Assembly (NCBI GenBank): GCA_037443365.1
Contig: JBBIOM010000004.1
Span: forward strand, 32,001 to 96,000
Source of the DNA: Armatimonadota bacterium
Lineage (GTDB): Bacteria > Sysuimicrobiota > Sysuimicrobiia > Sysuimicrobiales > Humicultoraceae
Direction: 5' to 3'
Length of the DNA: 64,000 bases
The notes below the pieces were generated by a model. It was not told the DNA's origin. It did not search any database and was given only the letters and a program-made list of their open reading frames with translations. A program made the position numbers and the translations under genes. Positions 38,300 through 50,922 of this stretch are shown piece after piece. The number at the start of each line of letters is the position of its first letter. Position 1 is the stretch's first letter.

Positions 38300-38397
38300 T
38301 ACGAGGAGAACGGGCGGCCGGGGCAACGGGCACGCGAAACTGCGTCCCTCCACTCCCGCGGTGATCGGCCCGCGCCGTCCTGCTAGCACCCGATCTG

Positions 38398-39189
38398 CTA
38401 GCGCCCGACGAAGCGGGGCGGGCGCTTCTCGAGGAAGGCGGCCAGGCCCTCGGCGTGGTCGGCGGTCTCTCCGGCCATCCCCTGCAGCAGGGCCTCGTTC
38501 GCCAGCGACTCCTCCAGCGAGGCGCTCTGGCTCACGTTGAGCGCGCGTTTGGCCAGGCCCAGCGCGCGCGTGGGTCCCTCGGCCAGGCGCGAAGCCAGGG
38601 CAAAGGCCGATGCCGCCAGGTCCTCGTGCGGAACCACGCGCGTCACCAGTCCCAGCCGGAGGGCCCGGGCGGCATCAATCGCCTCGCCCTCCAAGGCGGC
38701 CTCCAGGGCCCAGGCCATCCCTATCAGGCGCGGCAGGAGAAAAGTCGCTCCCCCATCCGGGATCAGGCCGATTCGCGCGAAGCCCAGCACGAAGGATGCG
38801 CGGTCCGAGGCGACGCGCAGATCGGCGGCCATGGCCAGACTGAAGCCCGCACCGGCCGCGACGCCGTTGACCGCAGCCACCACCGGCTTTTCGAGCATGC
38901 GCAGCCCGGCGATGATCGGGTTGAGGCGCGTGCGCACAATCGCGCCGTAGGAGACACCGGCGGCCGCCGAGCGGTCGCGCAGGTCCTGACCGGAGCAGAA
39001 CCCCTTCCCGGCGCCGGTCAGAACGAGGCAGCGCACCTCCGGGGAGCGCTGCGCCAGGTCCACGACCTCGACTAGCTCGGCCGCCATCTGCTCGTTGAGC
39101 GCGTTGAGCCGGTCGGGCCTGTCAAGCGTCACGGTCAGGACGCCGGCTTCGTGTGCCGTGATTAGCGTGCCGTGGGTGGGAAGCCGCAC
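38398..39189 (-). CDS. Enoyl-CoA hydratase/isomerase (PaaG-like)
   Basis: FCSGQDL, NGVAAGAG, IGLIPDGG and FLEKRPP motifs; GAGGGA RBS before GTG 39189. Confidence 0.85.
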   Translation of the reverse strand: MRLPTHGTLITAHEAGVLTVTLDRPDRLNALNEQMAAELVEVVDLAQRSPEVRCLVLTGAGKGFCSGQDLRDRSAAAGVSYGAIVRTRLNPIIAGLRMLEKPVVAAVNGVAAGAGFSLAMAADLRVASDRASFVLGFARIGLIPDGGATFLLPRLIGMAWALEAALEGEAIDAARALRLGLVTRVVPHEDLAASAFALASRLAEGPTRALGLAKRALNVSQSASLEESLANEALLQGMAGETADHAEGLAAFLEKRPPRFVGR

Positions 39190-39223
39190 GTGAGTCCCTC
39201 GTGTGGTGCGCGGCCAGGCCCTG

Positions 39224-39997
39224 TCAGCGGCCCTTCCAGGCCGGCTTGCGCTTCTCCAGGAAGGCCTGGATGCCCTCGGTCTTATCCTCTGTGGCGAACA
39301 GCAGGTAGAACACCTTGCGCTCGTAGTCGAGCCCGTCCTCGATCGTGGTGTCGAAGGCCTTGAGAATCGCATCCTTGGCCAGCGCCACGGCCACGGCGGG
39401 CTTCGACGCGATCTGGGCGGCCAGGGCCTTGGCCTCGTCCAGTACTGCCTCGTCGGGCACCACCCTTGTCACGAGGCCCATGGCGTGCGCCTCGGCCGCG
39501 GAGAACGCGCGACCGGTCAGTATCAGTTCCATCGCCCGCGCCTTTCCCGCGGCGCGCGTGAGGCGCTGTGTGCCGCCCGCGCCGGGAATGATCCCTATGT
39601 TGATCTCGGGCTGCCCGAACCGGGTCCCCTCACCCGCGATGATCATGTCGCAGGCCATGGCCAGCTCGCAGCCGCCGCCCAGGGCAAATCCCCGCACCGC
39701 GGCGATGATCGGCTTAGAGAACTTGCGCACGCGCTCCCACTGCGTGAACCTGTACCCGGTGAGCATCTCCACCGGGGTGGCCGATGCGAACTCGTTCACG
39801 TCGGCGCCCGCGGCAAACGCGCGCTCGCCTCCTGCCAGCACCACGCACCTGACCGCGTCGTCGCACTCAAGAACGTCCAGCGCGCTTGCCAGCTCGTCCA
39901 TGGTCGCCCTGTCGAGGGCGTTGAGCACCTTGGGGCGGTTCAGCGTGATCACCGCCACGCCTTCGCTTGAGTCCACTAGGATGTTGCTGTAGGCCAT
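39224..39997 (-). CDS. Enoyl-CoA hydratase (PaaF-like)
   Basis: FAAGAD, ALGGGCELAMACD and GQPEINIGIIPGAGGTQRL motifs. Confidence 0.9.
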   Translation of the reverse strand: MAYSNILVDSSEGVAVITLNRPKVLNALDRATMDELASALDVLECDDAVRCVVLAGGERAFAAGADVNEFASATPVEMLTGYRFTQWERVRKFSKPIIAAVRGFALGGGCELAMACDMIIAGEGTRFGQPEINIGIIPGAGGTQRLTRAAGKARAMELILTGRAFSAAEAHAMGLVTRVVPDEAVLDEAKALAAQIASKPAVAVALAKDAILKAFDTTIEDGLDYERKVFYLLFATEDKTEGIQAFLEKRKPAWKGR

Positions 39998-40026
39998 GGT
40001 TTCGCCTCCTGAATCGGGGGACGTTG

Positions 40027-40653
40027 CTACCGGATGATGACCGCCGCGTACCCGGCGGCGCGGAGCCTTTCGGCCAGTTGCTCGGCAAGGACCCGATCGC
40101 GAAACGCGCCCACCCTCACCTTGAACAGGCCTTCCTCCGGCACGATGTAGGGACTGAATCCCGACATGCGCAACGCCCCGGCGAGCGTCTCCGCGTTGTC
40201 GCGGTGGGCAAACGCTCCTGCCTGCACCCTGTACAGAACGGCGGCCGCAGGCGTGGCCGGCGTCTCCGGCCCGGGCGCGGGCGTCCTATCAACGGGCGGC
40301 GGCGTCCGGTCCGCGTGCGGCTGGGTTTCCTCAGCGCGCGGCGTGGCGGCTGGAGGTGCCGGCTCCGGCGGGCGGAGCGTGGGTGCAGGCGGACTCGGCT
40401 CTGGGAGGCGAGGTGTCGCTACGCCGGGCTGCGGCGGCGGCACGGTGGGTGGAGGCGGCAGCGGCGGAGCAGCAGGAGCCCGAGGCGCTCCCCCGGGCAG
40501 CGGCGCCGGAGGCGGCGCCGGGACAACCCTCTCCGCCCCAGGAGCCCTGGGCCGTCCGCCGATGTACCTCTCGCCCACGAAGTATCCGACGACGAGTGAG
40601 CCGACGAAGAGGACGACGATTATCAAGCCTACCAGCAGCGAATTCGCTCGCAC
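40027..40653 (-). CDS. SPOR-domain membrane protein with a Pro-rich linker
   Basis: N-terminal TM; C-terminal YRVQAGAF...FKVRVGAF SPOR repeats. Confidence 0.82.
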   Translation of the reverse strand: MRANSLLVGLIIVVLFVGSLVVGYFVGERYIGGRPRAPGAERVVPAPPPAPLPGGAPRAPAAPPLPPPPTVPPPQPGVATPRLPEPSPPAPTLRPPEPAPPAATPRAEETQPHADRTPPPVDRTPAPGPETPATPAAAVLYRVQAGAFAHRDNAETLAGALRMSGFSPYIVPEEGLFKVRVGAFRDRVLAEQLAERLRAAGYAAVIIR

Positions 40654-40698
40654 AGTCGGGCACTTCGGCGGGAGCCGGCGAACTCCTCCGGCGCAGGC

Positions 40699-43362
40699 TC
40701 AAGACGGCGCCCGCCCCAGGTCCCTGGCGTACCCTTCGAGGGCCTGCCGGCGCTCGAGCAGCTCGCGTTCGCGCCGGTGCTCCTCCTCCACCACATCGGG
40801 AGGCGCCTTGGCCAGAAACGCGGCATCGCCTAGCCTGCGCCTGATTCGCTCCAGGTCCGCCGTCACCCGGGCGAGGTCTGATCGCAGGCGCTCGCGCGCC
40901 TTTCCCCGTGCGGCCTCCGCCACGGTCAGCCTGATGCCGATCCCGCGCGCCACCGTGCCCACGGCACCCGAGGCGAGGTCCCCTCCTCCCTCCCCCACGA
41001 TTGATACGCCTGGGGCCCGCATGAGCGCGCAGAGGTACTCGTGGTGCGCCTCCAGGAGGCTCCGTGCCTTCTCGTCGGCCTGCAGCACCGGGGCGCCGGC
41101 GGCGGCCGGCGAGAGGCCCAGGTCGGCGCGCAGCGAGCGCACCGCCCGCACTACTGCCACAAGGGTCTCGACCTGTGCCTCTGCCACCTGGTCTTGCTCG
41201 ATGCCGCTGGCATCGGGCCACGCCGACGCGACGATGCTTCGGCCCTCGTGGGGAAGCGACTGCCAGATCTCCTCCGTGATGTGCGGCATGATGGGATGGA
41301 GCAGCCGCATCGTCCCCTCCAGCACGGTCCACAGCGTCTGCTGTATCGCCTGACGGCGAGAGGGCGTCAGGTCTTCCCGGTAGAGGTCCACCTTGGCAAA
41401 CTCCAGATACCAGTCGCAGTACTCGGACCAGATGAACTCGTACAGCCGCCGCGCCGCCTTGTCGAAGTCGTAGGCCTCGAGCATCGCCGTGACCTCGCCG
41501 GCGAGTCGGCCGTAGCGGCCGAGGATCCACCTGTCGAAGGTCCCCGGCGCGCCCTCGATGGCGCCAGCGGACGGCCCGAACCCGTCCAGGTGCATCCGCA
41601 CGAACCGCGCGGCGTTCCAGATCTTGTTGTTGAAGTTCCGGATGTCCTCGAGCATCTTCTCGCCGAAGCGCAGGTCCTGCTGCCCCTGCGAGCAGCGCAG
41701 GATGAGCGCGCAGCGCAGCGCATCGGCGCCGTACCCCTGTTCCACGTAGTCCAGGGGATCCAGCCCTGTGCCCAGCGACTTGCTCATCCGCCGGCCCTCC
41801 AGGTTCTGCACCATGGGGTTGATGTAGACGTCGGAGAACGGGACGTCGCCCATGAACTCGAGCCCGAACATGATCATCCGGGCCACCCAGAGGAAGATGA
41901 TGTCCCGCCCGGTCGCGAGCACGCTGGTCGGATAGAAGTAGGCGAGGTCCGGGGTCTTGCCCGGCCAGCCGAGCGTCGCAAACGGCCACAGCGCGGACGA
42001 GAACCAGGTGTCCAGAATCTGCTCCTCCTGGCGCAGATCCCCCCCGCCGCACTCGGGGCACCGATCGGGAGGGGTGCGCGAGGCGATCTGGTGGCCGGCC
42101 GCGCAGTGGTACACGGGAATGCGGTGCCCCCACCAGAGCCGCCGGCTGATGTTCCAGTCGTGGATGCCCTCCATCCAGTCCAGATAGACCCGGGCCCACC
42201 GCTGTGGGTGAAAGCGCACCCGTCCCTGGCGCACCGCCTCGATCGCCGGCGCGGCAAGCTCGTTCATGCGGCAGAACCACTGGTCGGTGATGTACGGCTC
42301 GAGCACGGTTCCGCAGCGCCCGCACGTTCCCACGCTGGTGGTGTAGGGCTCCTGACGCTCCAGCAGCGCCGTCGCCGCGAGGTCGCGCGCCACCGCCTCC
42401 CGGGCTGCGAACCGGTCCATGCCTGCGTAAACGCCCGTCTCAGCGGTCATCCGGCCGGCCTCGTCGAGGACCACAAGCACCGGCAGGCCGTGCTGCGCGC
42501 CGATCTCGTTGTCGAGCGGATCGTGACCAGGGGTGATCTTCAGCGCGCCGGTGCCGAACCCCGGATCCACCCGGGCGTCGGCGATCACCGGCACGCGACG
42601 GTTGACGATCGGCACCAGCACCTCCCCCCCCACCCGGCCGCGGTAGCGCGCGTCGTCGGGGTGCACGGCCACGGCCACATCCGCGAGGATCGTTTCGGGG
42701 CGCTGCGTGGCGATGGTGATCCCCGCCGTGCCGTCGGCGCCTGGATACCGCACGTACCACAGGGAGCTCGTCACAGACTGGTAGTTCACCTCGAGGTCGG
42801 ACACGCTCGTGAGGTCCTTCGGGCACCAGTTGATCATGCGCTTGCCGTAGTAGATGTATCCCTTGTCGTAGAGGCGCAGGAAGCACTCGATCACGGCGTT
42901 GTAGTAGTTCGGGTCCATGGTGAAGGTCACGCGGTCCCAGTCGCAGCCTGACCCCATGCGACGGATCTGGGAGTAGATCAGCTCCCCGTATTTCTCTTTC
43001 CATTGCCAGGCGAACTCGAGAAAGCGCTCACGCCCGAGGTCAAAGCGGGTCTTCCCCTGCTTCGCCAGCTCCCGCTCGATGACCACGTGCGTGCCGATGC
43101 TGGCGTGATCGGTGCCAGGCAGCCACATCGCGTTGTACCCCTGCATGCGGCGCCACCGGGTGAGCAGGTCCTGCACGGCGTGGTTGAGGGCGTGCCCCAT
43201 GTGCAGGGTTCCCGTGATGTTGGGCAGGGGCATCATGATAGTGAAAGGCGTTCGGGCAAGGTCTACCGGGGCGTGGAAGCAGCCCTCATCCAGCCACCCC
43301 TGGTATCGCCGCGGCTCCACATCCATGGGATCATACGGGACTGCCCGCGCTTCATTCGCCAT
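40699..43362 (-). CDS. valS: Valyl-tRNA synthetase
   Basis: PNITGTLHMGH, GTGALKITPGHD, DWNISRRLWWGH, LDTWFSS and RMSKS motifs; GGAGG RBS. Confidence 0.97.
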   Translation of the reverse strand: MANEARAVPYDPMDVEPRRYQGWLDEGCFHAPVDLARTPFTIMMPLPNITGTLHMGHALNHAVQDLLTRWRRMQGYNAMWLPGTDHASIGTHVVIERELAKQGKTRFDLGRERFLEFAWQWKEKYGELIYSQIRRMGSGCDWDRVTFTMDPNYYNAVIECFLRLYDKGYIYYGKRMINWCPKDLTSVSDLEVNYQSVTSSLWYVRYPGADGTAGITIATQRPETILADVAVAVHPDDARYRGRVGGEVLVPIVNRRVPVIADARVDPGFGTGALKITPGHDPLDNEIGAQHGLPVLVVLDEAGRMTAETGVYAGMDRFAAREAVARDLAATALLERQEPYTTSVGTCGRCGTVLEPYITDQWFCRMNELAAPAIEAVRQGRVRFHPQRWARVYLDWMEGIHDWNISRRLWWGHRIPVYHCAAGHQIASRTPPDRCPECGGGDLRQEEQILDTWFSSALWPFATLGWPGKTPDLAYFYPTSVLATGRDIIFLWVARMIMFGLEFMGDVPFSDVYINPMVQNLEGRRMSKSLGTGLDPLDYVEQGYGADALRCALILRCSQGQQDLRFGEKMLEDIRNFNNKIWNAARFVRMHLDGFGPSAGAIEGAPGTFDRWILGRYGRLAGEVTAMLEAYDFDKAARRLYEFIWSEYCDWYLEFAKVDLYREDLTPSRRQAIQQTLWTVLEGTMRLLHPIMPHITEEIWQSLPHEGRSIVASAWPDASGIEQDQVAEAQVETLVAVVRAVRSLRADLGLSPAAAGAPVLQADEKARSLLEAHHEYLCALMRAPGVSIVGEGGGDLASGAVGTVARGIGIRLTVAEAARGKARERLRSDLARVTADLERIRRRLGDAAFLAKAPPDVVEEEHRRERELLERRQALEGYARDLGRAPS

Positions 43363-43375
43363 CTGCACCCCTCCG

Positions 43376-43617
43376 AGAAACAACGACGCCGCTCGCCAAG
43401 GGCGAAGCGGCGCTCCGCGGTACCACCTTGATCGCCGGGGGACCGGCTCTCGCTCCCGCGCTATCGGGCGGGCCCGGCGATCCTTGCGCCGCCGTTGCGG
43501 CGGTTCAGACCGCGGCTTGGGGGCGACCTTCCGCCGGCCCGACCCCGGGAGGCCTCGCACCCAGTGGGCCTCCCTCTCTCCTGGCGCTGCCGGCGTACTC
43601 CTCCCCTTCTTCGCGCG
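43376..43617 (-). ncRNA. T-box riboswitch (Val specifier GUC) upstream of valS
   Basis: T-box AAGGTGGTACCGCG (43416-43429, minus); AGTA and GAGA motifs in stem I; GAAG-GTC specifier (GTC 43525-43527); terminator hairpin 43387-43412 with a U-rich tail; extended -10 TGnTAGTAT near 43627-43635. Confidence 0.9.
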
Positions 43618-43652
43618 AACGTTCTAATACTACCACCGGACCCGCGACCGGT

Positions 43653-46100
<2,448 letters not shown>

Positions 46101-46186
46101 GCCTTCCTCCTCGAATGCAGCCTAACCATGAAACGAACGTTGGCAGGCATCTGTTCCCACGCCGCGGTGGATCCCGCCCGCGGGGC

Positions 46187-47440
46187 CTAGGACGCTGGCT
46201 TCTCCACGGCCTGCGCTGCCACGTCGCCGGCGGTGAGCAACAGCGGCCCCTTCCTGTACAGCACCGCCTCCTCGGTCACGAGACAGCGCCGGACGTCCCC
46301 CCTGGACGGGATCTCGAACATTATGTCAAGCATCGTCTCCTCTATCACCGTGCGCAGTCCCCTGGCGCCGGTATGCCGCGTCATCGTCTCGCGGGCTATG
46401 GCGCGCAGCGCCTCGTCGGTAAACTCCAGGTCAACACCGTCCATCTCGAAGATGCGCTGGTACTGGCGCACGAGCGAGTTCTTGGGCTCGACCAGCACGG
46501 CCACCAGGTCGGACTCATCGAGGGGATCCAGGGGCACGATCACGGGCAGCCGTCCGATGAACTCGGGAATCAACCCGTACCGCAGCAGGTCCTGGGGCAT
46601 GATCTGCCTGAGGAGCTCGGCCAGGTGCTGCTTGCTGCGCGGCTCGACCTGGGCCCCGAACCCCATGCTGGTCTGCCGGACGCGCGATTCGATAATGCGC
46701 TCGAGGCTCTCGAAGGCGCCGCCGCAGATGAAGAGGACGTTGCTTGTGTCGATCTGGAGGAACTCCTGGTGCGGGTGCTTCCTCCCCCCCTGGGGTGGGA
46801 CGTTGGCTGTAGTGCCCTCGAGGATCTTGAGCAGGGCCTGCTGCACGCCCTCGCCGGACACATCGCGCGTGATCGAGGGGTTCTCGCTCTTGCGCGCGAT
46901 CTTGTCCACCTCGTCTATGTAGATGATCCCTCGCTCGGCCTTCCTGATGTCCCCGTCAGCAGCCTGGATCAGGCGAAGCAGGATGTTCTCAACATCCTCT
47001 CCGACGTACCCGGCCTCGGTCAGCGACGTCGCGTCGGCAATGGCAAACGGGACGTCGAGAATCCTGGCCAGGGTCTGCGCCAGCAGCGTCTTGCCGCAAC
47101 CCGTGGGCCCTATCAGGAGGATGTTGGACTTCGCCAGCTCCACCTCGCAGGGGCGGCGGTTGCCCACGCGCTTGTAGTGGTTGTAGACCGCTACCGAGAG
47201 CGCCTTCTTGGCGCGGTCCTGCCCGACGACGTACTGGTTCAGGGCCTGGTGGATCTCGCGGGGCTTGGGGGTTGGGCGGGCGGTCGGCCGCCGTTCCTCG
47301 CCGGCCAGTTCCTCCTCGACGATCTCGTTGCACAGCTCGATGCACTCGTCGCAGATGCAGACCCCGGGTCCGGCCACGAGCCTGCGCACCTGGTCCTGGG
47401 TCTTCGCGCAGAAGGAGCAAACCATCCTGGACGAACTCAT
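46187..47440 (-). CDS. clpX: Clp protease ATP-binding subunit ClpX
   Basis: CSFC...CDEC zinc finger, GPTGCGKT and [14 protein letters not shown] motifs. Confidence 0.97.
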   Translation of the reverse strand: MSSSRMVCSFCAKTQDQVRRLVAGPGVCICDECIELCNEIVEEELAGEERRPTARPTPKPREIHQALNQYVVGQDRAKKALSVAVYNHYKRVGNRRPCEVELAKSNILLIGPTGCGKTLLAQTLARILDVPFAIADATSLTEAGYVGEDVENILLRLIQAADGDIRKAERGIIYIDEVDKIARKSENPSITRDVSGEGVQQALLKILEGTTANVPPQGGRKHPHQEFLQIDTSNVLFICGGAFESLERIIESRVRQTSMGFGAQVEPRSKQHLAELLRQIMPQDLLRYGLIPEFIGRLPVIVPLDPLDESDLVAVLVEPKNSLVRQYQRIFEMDGVDLEFTDEALRAIARETMTRHTGARGLRTVIEETMLDIMFEIPSRGDVRRCLVTEEAVLYRKGPLLLTAGDVAAQAVEKPAS

Positions 47441-48042
47441 CAGCGCTTGTCCTTCGCCCGTTCGCGCGGAAGGATGACGTCGTCAATGATACCGTACTCC
47501 CTGGCGTCCTCGGCGCTCATCCAGAAGTTACGGTCGGTGTCTCGCTCGATCCGCTCCAGCGGCTGGCCTGTGTGGTGCGAGAGGATCTCGTTCATCAACG
47601 AGCGCATCTTCAGGAACTCCCTGGCCTGGATGTCTATGTCCGAGGTCGTGCCCTGGGCTCCCCCCCACGGCTGATGGATCATGATGCGCGAGTACGGCAG
47701 CGAAGATCGCTTGCCCTTGGTGCCGCCCGCCAGGACGACGGCTCCGCCGCTGGCGGCCAGCCCGACGCAGATCGTGGCGATGTCGGGCCGGACGTACTGC
47801 ATCGTGTCGTATATCGCCAGGGAGGCGATCAGGTCGCCGCCCGGGCTGTTGACGTAGAGCATGATGTCCTTGTCGGGGTCCTCCCCCTCCAGGTAGAGGA
47901 GCTGGGCGATCACCAGGTTGGCCACGTCGTCGTCAATGCCGCCGCCCAGGAAGATGATGCGCTCCTTGAGCAGGCGTGAGTATATGTCGTAGGCGCGTTC
48001 TCCACGCGGCGTCTGCTCGACAACCATCGGGATCAGGGTCAT
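47440..48042 (-). CDS. clpP: Clp protease proteolytic subunit
   Basis: [30 protein letters not shown] and DTDRN motifs. Confidence 0.97.
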   Translation of the reverse strand: MTLIPMVVEQTPRGERAYDIYSRLLKERIIFLGGGIDDDVANLVIAQLLYLEGEDPDKDIMLYVNSPGGDLIASLAIYDTMQYVRPDIATICVGLAASGGAVVLAGGTKGKRSSLPYSRIMIHQPWGGAQGTTSDIDIQAREFLKMRSLMNEILSHHTGQPLERIERDTDRNFWMSAEDAREYGIIDDVILPRERAKDKR

Positions 48043-49304
48043 GCGGTCTCCCGTCCTTCCTCGGCCCTGGCGCGCTCGATCAGGGTGGCCACCGTCTTGC
48101 GGCGACGCAGCATCGCGATCATGGTCTCGCGCCGCCCCTCGGAAGCCAGCCACTCCCTGACCCGCCCGAGGTCCCAGCCCAACTCGTGCGCGACCTTCTC
48201 CTCCTCGACCGCTATCTCCTCTTGCGTGGGCTCAGCGCCCTCGCGTCGCGCGATCTCGTCCAGCACGTGCCGCAGACGCAGCCGGCCCTCGGCTCGCGGG
48301 CGCAGCTCCTCGCGCAGACCGGCCATGTCCTTCTCCGCGGTCTGCAGGTAGCGGTCCAAGGAGTACCCCCGCCTCTGCAGCGATTCCCGGAGATCGGCGA
48401 CCAGATGCTCGATCTCGCGTTCCACAAAGCTGGTCGGCAGCTCGACAGAGGCGCCCTCCACCACCCTTGTCAGGACCTGCTCTTCGTAGGCCGCGCGGGC
48501 CTGGGCCTCTGCCTCGGCCTGAAGACGGCTGCGAATGCGGTCGCGCAGCTCCTCGACCGTGGCAGCATCGCCCACGGACCGCGCGAAGGCCTCGTCGAGA
48601 GCCGGGAGCTCCCGCCGCTTGACGTCGGCAACCGTGGCCACGAGACGCCCTGTCTCGCCGACGATCGCCGAGCGCTCATCTCCGGCGGCAGCGCCAACCA
48701 GCGCCTCCTCCACTTCAGCGGGGAAGACGCCGGCGCCCAGTTCGACCAGCACCTCGCGGCCGGCCTGGAACCGATCAGTTCCCTCCACGACCGTCGGCCG
48801 GATCAGGACGAAGTCGCCGGCCGCGGCCCGGGCACCGGGGGCGGATACCAGGCGTCCGCGTCGTCGGCGCAACTCCTCTATGGCCGCGTCAACCTGCCCC
48901 TCGGCCAGGACCGGCGGATCGAAGGGAACCCGCACCTGCGCGTAGGCGCCCGGGTCTGCCTCCGGGTATATGTCCACGCTGACCACGAAGCGCAGGGGTT
49001 CCTCTTCTTCGAGCCGTGGGGCCGAGATCTCTGGCCTGGAAACAGGCACCACCCCTACCTCCGCAACCGCCCTGGGATAGGCGGACTCAACAAGGATCGC
49101 AATCGCCTCCTCGTAGAGCTCGTCGCGGCCCACGTACCGCTCCAGCATCGCGCGCGGGGTCTTGCCCTTGCGGAAGCCAGGTACCTTTACGCGCCCGGCC
49201 AAGCGCGCCGTCGCCGCGCGCACCGCCGCGGTGACCTCCTCGGCCGGAATCTCGACATCGAGCACGGCGCGGCTAGGCGGCTCGCGCCTCCAATCCACCT
49301 TCAT
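48039..49304 (-). CDS. tig: Trigger factor
   Basis: VPGFRKGK ribosome-binding motif; upstream of clpP-clpX; AGGAGG RBS. Confidence 0.93.
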   Translation of the reverse strand: MKVDWRREPPSRAVLDVEIPAEEVTAAVRAATARLAGRVKVPGFRKGKTPRAMLERYVGRDELYEEAIAILVESAYPRAVAEVGVVPVSRPEISAPRLEEEEPLRFVVSVDIYPEADPGAYAQVRVPFDPPVLAEGQVDAAIEELRRRRGRLVSAPGARAAAGDFVLIRPTVVEGTDRFQAGREVLVELGAGVFPAEVEEALVGAAAGDERSAIVGETGRLVATVADVKRRELPALDEAFARSVGDAATVEELRDRIRSRLQAEAEAQARAAYEEQVLTRVVEGASVELPTSFVEREIEHLVADLRESLQRRGYSLDRYLQTAEKDMAGLREELRPRAEGRLRLRHVLDEIARREGAEPTQEEIAVEEEKVAHELGWDLGRVREWLASEGRRETMIAMLRRRKTVATLIERARAEEGRETA

Positions 49305-49337
49305 CACAGACCTCCTGGCCGGTGCACGGGGTTCGAT

Positions 49338-49424
49338 TGGTGCGGGCGGAGGGACTCGAACCCCCACCGGCTTGCGCCGACCAGATCCTAAGTCTGGCGC
49401 CTATGCCAGTTCGGCTACGCCCGC
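49338..49424 (-). tRNA. tRNA-Leu (anticodon UAG)
   Basis: Cloverleaf; CCAGA-CT-TAG-GA-TCTGG anticodon arm, long variable arm, encoded CCA. Confidence 0.95.
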
Positions 49425-49449
49425 GGAGGAATCATGCCTTCTTCGACCG

Positions 49450-49525
<76 letters not shown>

Positions 49526-49597
49526 ACGATCGTACCCGATCTATTATACCGGAGCCGTCCGCCCTGTCCAGGCCACGCGAGCACGCCGCGCGTACGA

Positions 49598-50731
49598 TCA
49601 CGGGCAGTGCAGCCGCGTCAACTGCGGGTGGCGCTCGGTGATCAACTTGCGGTAGATGTCGTTGACCTCACCGTAGCGGCGCTGCGCCAGGTCGTCGTCG
49701 TAGATCGTCTTGATCGGGCGCTCGAAGAATGACCGCATGCCGCAAAAGGTCGCGGCCGCCTCGGCCGGGGAGCCCGGCGGGCCCTCCATCCTGAACCTGG
49801 GCAGGATCGGGAACAACCCGTGCCCTACGAGGCCACGCTGCCCATCGTCCGACAGCAGGTACTGCAGGAATGCCCTGGCGGCGCGCGGGGAACGCGCGCC
49901 GGCGATCACGGCCGTGGGCGCCGGGGAGATCCACGCGTACGGAGGGCTCGCAAAACGCAGATCGTACCCGGCCAGCACCTCCTGAAACGCCATGTAGCTC
50001 AGCACGCCGAAGCCCACCGCGAACTCCCCCCGCGCCACGAAGGTGGGTACGTCTCGGCTGCGCGTGACGAAGAGGCCGGTGTTGGCCCCCACGCGTTGAG
50101 CCCACTCCCAGCCCCTCTGCCAGCCACGCAGCTGGAGAATCACCTCCAGCGACGCGTGGTGCGAGCCCGAGCGGTCAGGGGTGGTCTGGACGATCTGCCC
50201 CTTCAGGCGGCAGTCCGTCAGGTCGTCCCACCCTGCCGGAGGGTCGGCGCCGATGCGGCGCATGAGCCGTGGGTGGTGGACGATGCCGGCCGCGGTCAGG
50301 GCCGTGCCCACCCAGACGCCGCCCTCGTGCCGCAGCGGTATCGCACGGGGTTCACCGATGCGCGCCGGGATCTCCCGGACCACGCCGTCGGGCATCTCGT
50401 GCGGTAAGAGCAGGCGGCGGTCGGCCAGGTCGTCGAGCAGTTCGGCCTCGCCCGCCCACAGCAGGTCGGCTTCGGGGCGGCCCTTCCACTCGATTATGCG
50501 CGCGTAGGCCGCAGGCGATCCCGAGGAGACGATGATCGGCCGCAGCGGATTCCCGAACCGTCGCCGCGCGTGCTCGGCGAAGCGCTCCGCCGTGGCATCG
50601 GCCACCTCGCGCGGTATGGGCGTAATGATGACCAGGCGGTCTTCTATCAGGGCTTGCCCGGCGCCCGGTCCGGGGGCGAGGGCAACGAGCACGGCGATTG
50701 CTACGGACAGGCTGAGCGCACGTCGCGACAT
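49598..50731 (-). CDS. Orphan ABC transporter substrate-binding protein (iron/polyamine/thiamine-like cluster)
   Basis: Signal peptide; PEADLLWAG, PDRSGS, VARGEFAVG and ARAFLQYLLSDDGQ motifs; no adjacent permease of its family. Confidence 0.75.
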   Translation of the reverse strand: MSRRALSLSVAIAVLVALAPGPGAGQALIEDRLVIITPIPREVADATAERFAEHARRRFGNPLRPIIVSSGSPAAYARIIEWKGRPEADLLWAGEAELLDDLADRRLLLPHEMPDGVVREIPARIGEPRAIPLRHEGGVWVGTALTAAGIVHHPRLMRRIGADPPAGWDDLTDCRLKGQIVQTTPDRSGSHHASLEVILQLRGWQRGWEWAQRVGANTGLFVTRSRDVPTFVARGEFAVGFGVLSYMAFQEVLAGYDLRFASPPYAWISPAPTAVIAGARSPRAARAFLQYLLSDDGQRGLVGHGLFPILPRFRMEGPPGSPAEAAATFCGMRSFFERPIKTIYDDDLAQRRYGEVNDIYRKLITERHPQLTRLHCP

Positions 50732-50753
50732 CGTCCTTGCTCCTTTGCGGCGC

Positions 50754-50784
50754 AAAGCAAGAGACGCCCGACTGTGGGCGTCCC
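50754..50784 (-). terminator. Terminator-like hairpin in the leader of the binding-protein gene
   Basis: Minus strand GGGACGCCC-ACAGTC-GGGCGTCTC (9 bp, one GU) followed by TTGCTTT. Confidence 0.55.
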
Positions 50785-50822
50785 TGGGGCCTGCCGAACG
50801 CGCCAGACTACCGCGGCCACCA

Positions 50823-50865
50823 CCTCATACGGGCTGTACCGTCGACCCCGGAATTCCACCGGGCC
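50823..50865 (-). ncRNA. 3'-half FMN-riboswitch-like RNA element (P5-P6 only)
   Basis: GGCCCGGTGGAATTCCGGGGTCGACGGTACAGCCCGTATGAGG aligns without gaps to the RFN 3' half as I recall it (GA-P5 with UGRAAUU loop-RCCGAC-RGU-ANAG-YCYG-GAUG), with compensatory stem changes; no 5' half found. Confidence 0.6.
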
Positions 50866-50871
50866 ACGCCC

Positions 50872-50900
50872 AGCATACGACCTCCCGGGGCGCCTGGCAA
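50872..50900 (-). promoter_or_regulatory. sigma70/SigA promoter directly upstream of the half-RFN element
   Basis: TTGCCA (50895-50900), 17-bp spacer, TATGCT (50872-50877) on minus; predicted +1 near 50865. Confidence 0.7.
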
Positions 50901-50922
50901 CCACCTGGCAGCGGCGCTCGCC

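Noticed and set aside
40240-40560. Low-complexity GC-rich stretch as a DNA repeat element
   Set aside because: Explained by the Pro/Ala-rich linker of the SPOR protein
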